From sequence record NC_048170.1: a stretch of DNA of 64,000 nt. The stretch is one strand, 5' to 3'. Position 1 is the stretch's first letter; each line of letters starts with the position of its first letter. The position numbers and the translations under genes were made by a program. Below are positions 40,491 to 51,114 of this stretch, piece after piece. The notes under the pieces are model-generated. The model made no database searches, was not told where the DNA came from, and saw only the letters and a list, made by a program, of their open reading frames with translations. The stretch comes from Escherichia phage vB_EcoM_Goslar.

Positions 40491-41957
40491 ATCACCGCCA
40501 AGTCCGGCGAGGTATGGCGCAGGGACAATAGTAGTTTCTACGAACGAGGCATTAGGTAACCAGTCGGGGTATTCCCACGCAATAAATCGCTCATCCGTTA
40601 TTGGTTCCCAGTTACTATCAAGTTCAGTTTTCGGTTTTGCTGCAACGGTCGTACGCGCGTAACAGGTTAACGGAATGACGGATTGCATACCCGATACCGG
40701 ATAACGTGTTACCATTGCAGCCAGGTTATTCCAGTATTTATATCCTGCGATATACACTAATTCGGTATACGTGATAGGGTGAACATCTGCACCAGGTTTG
40801 TTAAGCATCTCCGGAGGTAATTCACTCATACCACGGAATAACCGAAACGAATCATTGTTCACATAGACAAGACAAAGATATCGTCCATTAACCATGATAG
40901 GTTCGTTACGCACACCCGGATCGCTTAAGGTGTTCAGTAAGCGTTCTATTCCGTCCCAGGTTGTAAAGTCATCGATGGTGTCTGGATCAAGCGTGACGCG
41001 TTCACGTTCCATCGTTTCGGTATCAATAAGTTCAACTTCTGTAACATCACGGACAAATATTTCCTGCAAAATCCCCGTACGTAATGCATGTTGCGTTACA
41101 GGGAGAGCAGCTTTACTCATCTGGTATAACCCTAACTGAACCGCGGTACAGGAAGGCTGGTTAGGCGACCCTAGTACCTCCGTTGTGGGGTTAATTGCTG
41201 AAATAACGTTACGGGTTGAGTTCCAAACGCGACGTGAACCAAACTTACCTTGGAAGATCCCTTTCTTACCTTGGAACATATCCAACAACAAAGCGTAGAT
41301 ATCGTTAAATGTTCTCTGTAAGCTCCAGCGCTGGCCGTCGTAAACGGGATCAGAATAATCTTTTAATCCATCGGGGACGGTGTTAGAAATTGCAAGGAAA
41401 CGACGATACAACTCTGTAATCTCTTGCTCGCTTTCATACCCGCCTTCTTTTACTTCTATTTCACGTAAGCCTGCAGGCAATACCAGTAAGTGACGGGTCA
41501 TCGCTTTGAACATGTTCTCTTCGACAACTTTAATTCGTAGCTCTCGTTGAGCTGAGCCCGTTGAAACGAACTTGATATCCGCGACGTGTTGTGCAAAGAA
41601 CCCGTATCCTGTTTGTCCTGTTAACGCATCAGACGCAACGAAGTCGCGTTGTTCAGGATCCCAACGAGCGTACGCCTTCCCCGACATGATATCACCATAG
41701 AGGTGTTTTAGTCGAATGAGGCGGTCGTAAATGACAGGGTGCAGGATTTCAACTTTACATTCAATCACCGCAAATCGACGGTCTCGATCTTCACTACCCG
41801 CACTACCAAAGATGGTGTAAGAATAGAAACCATCATCGTGGAAATTACCGGTGCTTGGGTCACGAATGCTCATGCTCGTGATCTTGGGGAGAAAACGTAA
41901 CTGCTGTTTATCGAGGTGTAAAATGCTAATGTTAAACGGCTCTCTGACTTTAGCCAT
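40491..41957 (-). CDS. RNAP beta-prime-like subunit (N-terminal fragment), exon 1
   Basis: RBS GAGGAG before ATG at 41957; blocks LLVLPAGLREIEV, KKGIFQGKFGSRRVWNSTRNVISAINP, RYPVSGMQSVIP align with [41 protein letters not shown]; ORF-track tail past 40491 is intron read-through. Confidence 0.6.
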
Positions 41958-42202
41958 GGAGACACTCCTCTTTACCACCACCGGCTGCGGCGGTATCATC
42001 TGAACACACGAGAGACGTAATGGGTGATGGCGTCACCCATCGCTTCCTTGCTTGAGGCGAGGAAGTTATTAGGTTACGTACCTGCGTGATAAAATCAAGC
42101 AGGCGATGTGTGAAGTTACGCTTCAACATTATCAATGCCGAAGGTAAACTTCGTGCATCACGTTCCAACGTAACATGGGAACGTATCGAACTGGAGGTAT
42201 AC

Positions 42203-45200
42203 ATGGTAGATAAAACCCGTGTTGAGGGTGATGATAATTGGGATAACTGGGATGAAGACTTCTCCCTGGATCTCGATTTTAACGAACCCAAAGACGATCG
42301 TAAACCGATAACACGCTTTGCGATAGGAGCGGTTAAAGGTGCTGCTGAGGATCTTACTTCCTACGAAAGAATGAAGGAGATCGCCAGAAACGCATTGCCT
42401 AAGGGCTACAGCGACGGTATGGATCTTATCGATTCCGCCGTCGGATCCACGAAGGAACTATACAATGAAGCCGTTCGTGACGTTCTTCCTAAGGTCCAAA
42501 GCTCAAAACGGTTAGCAGCACAACTGACCAAGAAATACCGTGCGAGCATGCCCGATTTCTCGAAGAAAATTCTTGAGCAATGGGAGCGAGAAGCCAAGGA
42601 AGAAGACGAACGTAAACAAGCTGAAGAAGCCCTTCGTCAACGCATGGCGAGCGCGGGGGACGATGAGATCGCCCGCAAGGTTGCCGAGGCATTAGGCGAA
42701 TCAGCAAACCAAAGCGCGGATCAGTTTGCTGAACAGCAAGCGAAAGAAAGTATCCGTGACGATATCGCTGACAAACGGTACGCTGTAACCAACAAACAAA
42801 TGAGTGCGATGCAAGAAGGCGTCGCCAAGATGGTTGGTTTCAACAATGAATTCGCTGCACGCTACATGCGTAAAAGCCTGGAACTGAAATATCGTTCCTT
42901 AGCGATTCAACGTGCAAGTTTCGATCAGCATAAAAAGTTAGCCGAAGTCTATATCGGTCTATTACAAAACATCCAGAAGAATACGGCTTTACCTGATGCA
43001 GCTAAAGCGAAGATGTCGGAAGAATTCCGTCGTAGTGCATACCAACGTTTCTTTGGTAATGCGTTAGATGCGATGGGTTCTTTCGAGAACCGTTTCTTTG
43101 CCGATGTTAAGAAGAACCTCGCCACCAACGCATTAGGTGCTTTAAAAGGCGTCGTGTCTGGCGCAAACGATGCGTTATACGGTTTAAACGAAGCACGTGA
43201 CTCGATGTCCATGATGGACGGGATGGGGTCAGAAGGCGATATTAAGGAAATGCAAGGAAGGATGTTGGGTCAGTTCATTGGCTCAACTGTCGCGCCGTGG
43301 ATGGCTAATAAAGGCAGGATGGCGTTACGCGATTTAGCAAAACGTCACCCCAATGCTAAATTCGCAGGTGCGTTAAAAGCCGTGGATCAAGGTGGTGAGG
43401 CTGCCGCTTACACGACGCGTAATCTCGGTAAACTGCTCCAGGAAGATATTCGTAAGAACGAATTCAATCTTAGCGATCCATTTTACAAGCAATTGTTACG
43501 CGGCGCAGGGCGTTGGGCGTTCAACATGGACAGCGGACGTAACTTCCGTGTGATGAACGACACCGCTGAAACACTGGCAGAGCAAACATCTTTCGACGGT
43601 TTAACCTACCGCAGCATCAACGAGGTTATTCCGGGCTTTCTTGCACGCATTCTGAAAAGCAGTGAGGGTATCCGCACCGGAAACAGCGATCCTGACTACG
43701 AGGTCTATGACGGCATCAGCGGGCAATTCGTGGCTCAGCGCACGCGCGAACAAAGCGTCAACGACACGCTGTTTAACAAACGTTCGTTTGGTTATTACGC
43801 AAGCCGTTTCAATGAGGTTATCTCGGTCATCGATCCCGATAAACAATTATCGGAAAAAGCCAGAAAGGCGCTGGCCAAGCAGTTGGCACGAGATAGCGAC
43901 GCAAACATTGCATTCGACCCAGCTCGTTTTACGGATGAAAGCAACTTCGATCGTAGTATCGACCGTGACGCTATTAAGGAACTTTCCACATACTTTCGAG
44001 ACCGTTACGGTATTCGTGATGATGTCAACGATAAGGGCGAACGTCATCAGGTCATTGGAAACCGCGGGCAATATTACACGGAACGTAACCGAGCTGACCT
44101 TCGCTACGGAAATCTGAAATCGTTACAACCGGATATTCAGCGTAACCTTAACCTACTGAAACGTACTGGTGACGTCCAATATCTGGAACGTATCGGTATC
44201 GTAACGAGAAATAGCGACGGAAGCTACTCAGTTAATCACGATCGGTATTTCTCTGAAATCGATCGATACATCGACCGACCGGAGTACGCTGACCGCGGCG
44301 ATGTTAATACGCGATTAACCGCTCAGGAAACAAGAGCGCTGGCGTTGGGTTATCGTGACGCAAAACCATCAACTGGTGACGTCCAAAATGCGGGTCTGCC
44401 GAACATCGATCGTAAGGCTGCTGGAACAGTAACCGTTGATGAAAACATCGGCTACGATAAATGGTGGAACGACGCTGGCGTTATCACTACATCGCTTGAA
44501 GAACAGAATCGAGCATGGCAAGAACTCTATCTCGAAGCGTTATCTGAAGCATCCGAACAACGTGTCGAAATGCTTGCGTTGCTGAAAGCCATTTCTGAGA
44601 AAGACTGGTCTAATAACGTTTCGCTGGATGGTGAAGACGTACCTGAAGGTGCAGCGCCCATTTCATTTATCGATCGCGCCAAACAAAAACTCGGCGGACG
44701 CAACCTCTTTAAAGGTGGCCGTAATCTCCTCTGGAAAGGAATTAAAAATACCGCACGATTGGGTGTTAAAGGCGCACGTTGGGGTGCAGAACGTACATTA
44801 GGTAGTTTGGTAAATTCCGGCCGACGTATTATCAATTTCAACCGTTTTGTGTTCGGCGCATTATCCAAGGTCGATCAGGTTCCGTTTGACATTTACGTTA
44901 AAGGGGAATCCCAACCACGCATACTGGCTGCCAAACTTCGTCAGGGGTTATACTTCGACGAGGCGACAGGAAAAGCCGTAAAACGGATGAAGGATATCAA
45001 AGGCCCACTCGTTGATGCGGATGGAAACGTCGTAATCAGCAACGAGGATATCGAGAAAGGGCTGGTCACTCGCGCTGGTCGTGCCTTTGAGAATTCAGGA
45101 CTTAAGGCGTGGGCGCATGAAGGTCTTAATGGAATAACGACGGTATTAAGTCTGCCACGGATGTTAAAACGCGGTGCGGTTGAGATCTACAAACAGCTTG

Positions 45201-48200
45201 ACAGAACACCCGACGTTTACGTCAAGGGAGAATCAACGCCTCGTCTATTATCCATGGTGTTAGCAGCGGGTGGGTATTTCCGTCGCTCTGATGGGCAAGT
45301 CATCAAAAATCTTGAAGACATCGATGGTGATGTTGTTGATGCACAAGGTAACGTCGTACTTACGCTTGCCGACATGCAGAAAGGACTTGTCGATAAATAC
45401 GGTAAAGCGATTCGTCGCTTAAAAGAAAAGCTCATCAACTTCGGTGTGAAAGCTTTCACGTTACCGTTAACCTTACTACGCAAGACAAAGGACATCCTTA
45501 AAGCCCTTCCAGGTAAAACCGTTAACGGTCTACGACGGATGGGATTAAATTTCCAATCACCTGACGCATTACTGGTGGGAACAACGTCGAGCATGGTAGA
45601 TCGGCTCGATGCGATTTACCAGCTTCTTGACCAGCGTATGCCGGGTGGTGATAAGGATTACCGCGATTGGGATGGCGATGGTGTTCGAGAAGGATCGTTG
45701 GAAGACCTGAAACGTAAACGTGCAGCCAAGGAAAACGGTGAGGATGACGCAGGCAAAGATTCCAATAAAGGGGAAGAAAAGGAGAAGAAACGAGGATTAC
45801 TCGGAAGCCTTTTCGATATGCTCGGCGATACCGCATTAGGTAAACGCCTCATGGCGAGTCCGCTTGGAAAAATTCTAGGTGGTCTTGGGGCGGTGTTAAG
45901 CGGCGGTGCATCGTTAACCGGGTTGTTGGGCAAAGGTCTCATTAGAGGAACCGGTGCACTGGTCAAGGGAGGACTAAGTGCGGCAGGATGGTTAGGACGT
46001 GGTGCGTTAATGGCGGGCGGGGCCGCATTGAACGCCGTTGGTGGGTTATCGGGATTAGGTGCATTCCTCATCTCACCTGTTGGGCTTGCTATCGCTGGCG
46101 GCGCATTGGCTGCTTATGCTGGATGGAAGATCTATCAGCATTTCGCCGAGAAGCCTGACCCGATGCAGAAGCTCCGTCTTATCGCATACGGTGTAAAAGG
46201 TGACGATAAAGACTTCAATAAGAAGCTGCTTGCGACAGAAACATACCTCACCGACCATGTGGTTATGACCGGGGATACCATCGGATTCGATCCGAAAGCC
46301 GATTCTGAAAAGATTCTCGAAATCTGGGAATTGTCCCTGGAAGATTCCGACCGAATGAACGAATGGAAACGTTGGTATCTACATCGTTTTATTCCTGTTT
46401 TCGCTCGTGCGTACAAACTCTGGAAAGAGCATATGCCGGACGAGAAGAAATACATGGAAATGGATAAATATCCAAACGGTGAGAACAAAGTGAAATGGTC
46501 GGAAGCGTTTATCTGGCCTTCCGATAGTCCTGATGGTCCGTATTACGTCGAAGCTAACCCGTTGGGTTCTTCTGGTGCGACGCGTTATATTGCTGGTCAA
46601 GACGTCAAAACCTTGATGCTGAAACAACTCGAAGCCATCAAGAAAGAGTACCAGAATCAGATTAAGCAATACTCTCATGATGAGGCTATTGCTGATTGGT
46701 CACGGATGTCTGACACACAACGTAAATCCGTTGCGCCTAACGCATTACGCGGTCAGAAAGCGTCGTTACGTTTTAACGATAAACGTTACAACAGTGCTGG
46801 CGCTAAAGGACGACAGAAACTGGATGCAACCGCGGTTATTGAAAGCGTAGACCGCCGCGGCAGGAAATGGGTTGCCGGTGGATACATCGATGAACTCACC
46901 AGTCTCCGTGTTCGCGCGTACGGTATCAAGGTTCCGTTGTTAAGCCAGATAAAAGTGCTGATGGAACTTGAAGACGCTGTAGAACCTGGCGTTGTCGCTG
47001 AAGGTAAAGGTGTTAAATACGGTGGCGATCTTGTCGCGCTCTACAAGAAATTCGCGACGAAGTTCGGAAGAGACGTTAACAGCAAGCATGATCAGGATAT
47101 CTGGTTTGCTTGGATGAATAACCGTTTCCTGCCCGTCTTTTTAACCTATTACCAACAAGTTAGCGAAATGGGCGGTCAAGGACTTCTGTCCGACGTGGTA
47201 CAGAACCTGAAAGACAGCCAGCGTTGGGAAATCGGTGAAGCACTTGTCGCAACGCAATACCGTGATGAGAAAGGTGCATTACAGCCTGTATGGTCGTGGA
47301 ACAGTTGTGGTTTCTCCGGTACTGAAGCTAACACCACCAGCAGTTCAACAAAGAGCCAACTCGATCTGTTAAAAGAATATGCGGATAAAGAGAAGGTTCG
47401 TGAGAAGAACGCGGAAGCATCGCAAGAGGATACCGATAAATTATCGAAGATCCAAGAGCTGATGATGAAGCAGGCTGGGTACGAGAAGAAAGACGGTGTC
47501 TGGCAGAAGAAATCTCGCATTACTGGTGGGATGAGTAACTCCGAAGCGAATTACAACCCCAATGGGAATAAGGTCGGTGCAAGCAGCTTTACTGCTTCGG
47601 CTACTTCCAATGCGGGATTGGGATCAACCGGCGATCTTACTGGATTGCCTAACATGGGCTTACAGAAACCGGCAACGGGACCGGGTCCTGAAGCTGGACG
47701 TCGTGCGCTTGTTAAATCCGCTGTAAAACGCGGTATTACCGATCCAATGGAAATGGCGATGTTCCTTGCGAACATCGAACATGAATCGGGGAACTACACT
47801 CACGTACGTGAGGGGAACTATAAGACACCTGAGCGTCTTAAACAGGTCTTCCCTTACAAATTCCGTGATGTGCAGGATGCCGCACAGACGATCAGCATGG
47901 GGCCGGAAGCGGTATTCGAACGTGTGTATGGTAATCGTAAAGACCTAGGAAACACACAGAAAGGAGACGGGGCGAAGTATTTAGGACGTGGATTCATTCA
48001 GGTTACCGGTAAAGCTAACTACGCTCGTCTGTCTAAGACCTTGAATAAGGATCTTGTCAGCGATCCGACATACCTGGAAACGCCGGAAGGTGCAGCGGAA
48101 GGTAGTGTTGCATGGTGGCTCAACCGAGGTAACGTATTACGCGATCCCGCAAAACGGGGTGACGTGCGCCAAGTTCGTTATCTGGTTAATGGTGGCTATA

Positions 48201-48868
48201 ACGGATTACGTGATGTTGAACAACGTTCTGCATATTGGATTCAGGCGGCTAAGAATGGCACCCTGAAGAAAATGATGGACGAGTTATCAGGGTCAACATC
48301 AGACGATCAAGCTGAAGGACCGACCACTGCCGAACAGGTGAAGAACGAAGCAGCACAAGAGGCAAACGGAACACCAGCTGTAAGCAACGATCCGCAAGCC
48401 CCAGTATCTTCTACTACCCCTGAAGCTAAACCGTCTGCAGCTGCCGGGACGGCCCCAGCACCTGGAGAAGCATCACCAACGCCTGGAAGTTTCGAAACAG
48501 CAAAAGCCGCGGCAGGACAACCGACATCAACTCCAGCACCTAGCGATTTGCCGTCAAACCCGGGCGCAAATCGAGGGATATCGGTTCCGAATACGCCTGC
48601 ACAGGTTGCACAGTCTGCGACACAAACGTCGGCTGCAAGTGAGAACTTCTACGGTAGCGCAGGTGAAATTCTCCGACAGCAGCTGACCACGCAGCAGAAC
48701 ATCGAGAAGAACACCGGTAGAACGAATGAACTTATTTCGGAATTAATCCAAGCCGTTAAGGGTTCTTCTATCGGTAAGGGTTCTGCAGGTCCTTCTCAAC
48801 AACAGACGATGTCGCTACCTAATCGTCCGCAAGGAATCTCTCCAACACGGACAAGGTACGCACAGTAG
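42203..48868 (+). CDS. giant virion-associated protein with GH19-type lysozyme domain
   Basis: start MVDKTRVE with RBS GGAGG; FLANIEHESGNY...YLGRGFIQVTGKANY lysozyme/chitinase-like block; Gly-rich hydrophobic segment GGLGAVLSGGASLTGLLG...AIAGGALAAYAGW. Confidence 0.6.
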   Translation: MVDKTRVEGDDNWDNWDEDFSLDLDFNEPKDDRKPITRFAIGAVKGAAEDLTSYERMKEIARNALPKGYSDGMDLIDSAVGSTKELYNEAVRDVLPKVQSSKRLAAQLTKKYRASMPDFSKKILEQWEREAKEEDERKQAEEALRQRMASAGDDEIARKVAEALGESANQSADQFAEQQAKESIRDDIADKRYAVTNKQMSAMQEGVAKMVGFNNEFAARYMRKSLELKYRSLAIQRASFDQHKKLAEVYIGLLQNIQKNTALPDAAKAKMSEEFRRSAYQRFFGNALDAMGSFENRFFADVKKNLATNALGALKGVVSGANDALYGLNEARDSMSMMDGMGSEGDIKEMQGRMLGQFIGSTVAPWMANKGRMALRDLAKRHPNAKFAGALKAVDQGGEAAAYTTRNLGKLLQEDIRKNEFNLSDPFYKQLLRGAGRWAFNMDSGRNFRVMNDTAETLAEQTSFDGLTYRSINEVIPGFLARILKSSEGIRTGNSDPDYEVYDGISGQFVAQRTREQSVNDTLFNKRSFGYYASRFNEVISVIDPDKQLSEKARKALAKQLARDSDANIAFDPARFTDESNFDRSIDRDAIKELSTYFRDRYGIRDDVNDKGERHQVIGNRGQYYTERNRADLRYGNLKSLQPDIQRNLNLLKRTGDVQYLERIGIVTRNSDGSYSVNHDRYFSEIDRYIDRPEYADRGDVNTRLTAQETRALALGYRDAKPSTGDVQNAGLPNIDRKAAGTVTVDENIGYDKWWNDAGVITTSLEEQNRAWQELYLEALSEASEQRVEMLALLKAISEKDWSNNVSLDGEDVPEGAAPISFIDRAKQKLGGRNLFKGGRNLLWKGIKNTARLGVKGARWGAERTLGSLVNSGRRIINFNRFVFGALSKVDQVPFDIYVKGESQPRILAAKLRQGLYFDEATGKAVKRMKDIKGPLVDADGNVVISNEDIEKGLVTRAGRAFENSGLKAWAHEGLNGITTVLSLPRMLKRGAVEIYKQLDRTPDVYVKGESTPRLLSMVLAAGGYFRRSDGQVIKNLEDIDGDVVDAQGNVVLTLADMQKGLVDKYGKAIRRLKEKLINFGVKAFTLPLTLLRKTKDILKALPGKTVNGLRRMGLNFQSPDALLVGTTSSMVDRLDAIYQLLDQRMPGGDKDYRDWDGDGVREGSLEDLKRKRAAKENGEDDAGKDSNKGEEKEKKRGLLGSLFDMLGDTALGKRLMASPLGKILGGLGAVLSGGASLTGLLGKGLIRGTGALVKGGLSAAGWLGRGALMAGGAALNAVGGLSGLGAFLISPVGLAIAGGALAAYAGWKIYQHFAEKPDPMQKLRLIAYGVKGDDKDFNKKLLATETYLTDHVVMTGDTIGFDPKADSEKILEIWELSLEDSDRMNEWKRWYLHRFIPVFARAYKLWKEHMPDEKKYMEMDKYPNGENKVKWSEAFIWPSDSPDGPYYVEANPLGSSGATRYIAGQDVKTLMLKQLEAIKKEYQNQIKQYSHDEAIADWSRMSDTQRKSVAPNALRGQKASLRFNDKRYNSAGAKGRQKLDATAVIESVDRRGRKWVAGGYIDELTSLRVRAYGIKVPLLSQIKVLMELEDAVEPGVVAEGKGVKYGGDLVALYKKFATKFGRDVNSKHDQDIWFAWMNNRFLPVFLTYYQQVSEMGGQGLLSDVVQNLKDSQRWEIGEALVATQYRDEKGALQPVWSWNSCGFSGTEANTTSSSTKSQLDLLKEYADKEKVREKNAEASQEDTDKLSKIQELMMKQAGYEKKDGVWQKKSRITGGMSNSEANYNPNGNKVGASSFTASATSNAGLGSTGDLTGLPNMGLQKPATGPGPEAGRRALVKSAVKRGITDPMEMAMFLANIEHESGNYTHVREGNYKTPERLKQVFPYKFRDVQDAAQTISMGPEAVFERVYGNRKDLGNTQKGDGAKYLGRGFIQVTGKANYARLSKTLNKDLVSDPTYLETPEGAAEGSVAWWLNRGNVLRDPAKRGDVRQVRYLVNGGYNGLRDVEQRSAYWIQAAKNGTLKKMMDELSGSTSDDQAEGPTTAEQVKNEAAQEANGTPAVSNDPQAPVSSTTPEAKPSAAAGTAPAPGEASPTPGSFETAKAAAGQPTSTPAPSDLPSNPGANRGISVPNTPAQVAQSATQTSAASENFYGSAGEILRQQLTTQQNIEKNTGRTNELISELIQAVKGSSIGKGSAGPSQQQTMSLPNRPQGISPTRTRYAQ

Positions 48869-48878
48869 TCATTAGTTA

Positions 48879-48899
48879 AGGGCGGGAATCTCCCGCCCT
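48879..48899 (+). terminator. hairpin after giant gene
   Basis: agggcggga-atc-tcccgccct then TCTTCTT. Confidence 0.4.
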
Positions 48900-48917
48900 C
48901 TTCTTGAGGAATGTTAC

Positions 48918-51059
48918 ATGGGTATTCTTGTTCAAAACGCCCTAATTACCAAACAAGCGTTTTTATTACCAGGCGATAGCAGCACGCTTAGTGCCGACAT
49001 GATTAAAGCGAGACATACACCGTATTCCTACGATAACGTCGATGATACCACCTTAGGTGGGAACTGGGTGCTTAACCCACCGCCGCAATATACCAAATTT
49101 GCCGACATCAAAGAACGCCGACGTGCGGTTATGCCGGGATCAACGGGCATGGGTCGAGGCTATAGTGAAAGCATTAACAGCTTTAAAGAGGTCGTTACGT
49201 TACGATTCGGTAAACCTCGCTTTACAGGCGCAAGTATCTTCTTTACTGATTTCTACGATGCGGATGTTGCCGTAACGGTTAAAACCGGTCGCGATCCCGG
49301 TATCCTTTATTACGCAGCCAAAGCGTATACCACCGTTCTTTCTTACCTCACACCTCTACCCTACTTGTATATGGTTGGACGTATTGGTCGATATTTCCTG
49401 GGTAAGCCTACCAGTCAATATTACTATCAAGTACCAACCATGCATGTGTATTGGGCGTCTTTCCAGACGCTGGTAAACCAAACAGCGATAAACATGGGTC
49501 TTATCGCCGGTGCCGGTAAAGATAAAGGCTACGTGGAAGAAGGAGGTACCGTACTCCATCAATATTCAATCGGTGGTCAGAACGTTGAAGAATTCATCAA
49601 CTACGCGTCTAAGACGCTACCTGGGATTTATAAGAAAGGTGGTGGGATCGATATCTACCAGATTGCAACACGTCGTCAGCGTATACAGAACGCATGGGTA
49701 CGTCGTATTCAATCCATGATGGAAAACGATTACTCGTCTTACGAAGAATTCTGGAACGATCTTGATAAACGACTTGATAGCGGAGCGTTTCCATCGGATG
49801 TAACCGGCCGTACGCTAACGCAGTATCTCGCCGACACACAGAAGTCTGCTGTTTACAGCGCGACAGCTGGTGATAATAAACAAACGATGGACGACCTTTT
49901 ATTCGGAAGGGCCTCGTACACCAATAAAGATGCTGACGCCAACTTCAATGTCTCAGCGGCTACCTCCGACGGAGGTACGTCAACACAGAGTCAGGGTACA
50001 ACAGCCAATGTCGGTAATTCAACGTCAGGGACAACACAGGCTTCAACAGCAGCATCAACAGCTGGAGGCGCGAACGTACAGAGCAAAGGAATCGGGCAAA
50101 CGAACGCAGCCGAAGAAGCTACGTTTCTTGATCTGATGGATGCTGAATTGGCCGACGGTGCTCAGTTCATCAGTTTTCGAGTCGATTCTGTCACCAGTGT
50201 AACCGAAACGTTTTCAAACAGCGCTTCAGAAAGTTCTATCGCGCAGACGATGAACAGTCGTGCGCAAGCGAACATCGAACGTCGTTTCACCCTCTCCGGT
50301 GGTAATACCGGTTGGGCTGTACTGGACGAAGCCATCAAAGCCGGTTCCGACCTCGTCAATGGTGCTATTTCCGGGATGGGTCTGGATGGTATTTTTGGTG
50401 CCTTCATGGGTTCCGGCTTCGCTGACATTCCGAAATTCTATTCTGGTTCATCGGTAAGTCTTCCGCGTGCAGATCTGACGATGGAATTACGTTCCTGGAG
50501 TGGGGATCGCTGGTCGATCTTTACGAACCTCATGGTACCTCTTTTAGCGATCCTTGCAGGCGGTTTGCCTCAGGCTACCGGTAAATCGTCCTACGGGATG
50601 CCGTTCATGTGTGAGTGTTATATTCCCGGTAAAGTCCAGATTAAAATGGGCCTTATCGACAACATCACTGTGACGCGTCATGTTGGAAACGTGCCGTCAA
50701 CACGTGAGCGGTTACCGTTAGGCATCGATGTCAGCTTCAGTGTTTATGATCTGTCGTCCATCGTCGCAATGCCGATCACAACGACAGCCGCATCGATCGC
50801 AAAATTAGATCCTCGTGGCTTCTTAAGTGATCTTCTTGCTGACGATACTCCACTCAACAACTATCTTGCTGTGTTATCGGCATTGACGCTTACGGAACAA
50901 GTTTACATGATTCCGGATTTAAGTCGTCGCATGCATAAAACCATGGCTGATATCGATAGTTTCTGGAGCAAAGGTAATTTTGCTAGCTGGTTGTCTGACA
51001 CCATGCCTGGCAGGATAGCATCAGGGCTGTTATGGAAACGTACAGAACGACCGTTCTGA
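48918..51059 (+). CDS. putative virion structural protein
   Basis: 713-aa ORF with Ser/Thr/Gly-rich central region. Confidence 0.5.
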   Translation: MGILVQNALITKQAFLLPGDSSTLSADMIKARHTPYSYDNVDDTTLGGNWVLNPPPQYTKFADIKERRRAVMPGSTGMGRGYSESINSFKEVVTLRFGKPRFTGASIFFTDFYDADVAVTVKTGRDPGILYYAAKAYTTVLSYLTPLPYLYMVGRIGRYFLGKPTSQYYYQVPTMHVYWASFQTLVNQTAINMGLIAGAGKDKGYVEEGGTVLHQYSIGGQNVEEFINYASKTLPGIYKKGGGIDIYQIATRRQRIQNAWVRRIQSMMENDYSSYEEFWNDLDKRLDSGAFPSDVTGRTLTQYLADTQKSAVYSATAGDNKQTMDDLLFGRASYTNKDADANFNVSAATSDGGTSTQSQGTTANVGNSTSGTTQASTAASTAGGANVQSKGIGQTNAAEEATFLDLMDAELADGAQFISFRVDSVTSVTETFSNSASESSIAQTMNSRAQANIERRFTLSGGNTGWAVLDEAIKAGSDLVNGAISGMGLDGIFGAFMGSGFADIPKFYSGSSVSLPRADLTMELRSWSGDRWSIFTNLMVPLLAILAGGLPQATGKSSYGMPFMCECYIPGKVQIKMGLIDNITVTRHVGNVPSTRERLPLGIDVSFSVYDLSSIVAMPITTTAASIAKLDPRGFLSDLLADDTPLNNYLAVLSALTLTEQVYMIPDLSRRMHKTMADIDSFWSKGNFASWLSDTMPGRIASGLLWKRTERPF

Positions 51060-51076
51060 TATTCACTGCATAAACC

Positions 51077-51108
51077 CCCTCTCCCAACCCGTGAGGGAAG
51101 GGAGAGGG
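51077..51108. terminator. bidirectional terminator hairpin with GTGA tetraloop
   Basis: ccctctccc-aa-ccc GTGA ggg-aa-gggagaggg between convergent genes. Confidence 0.5.
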
Positions 51109-51114
51109 AATATG

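Noticed and set aside
40449-40499. Reading LGGDQ as a degenerate, catalytically inactive beta-prime metal-binding motif
   Set aside because: An in-frame FDGD-encoding exon 2 kb downstream plus the intervening HNH ORF and intron core make intron read-through the simpler explanation.
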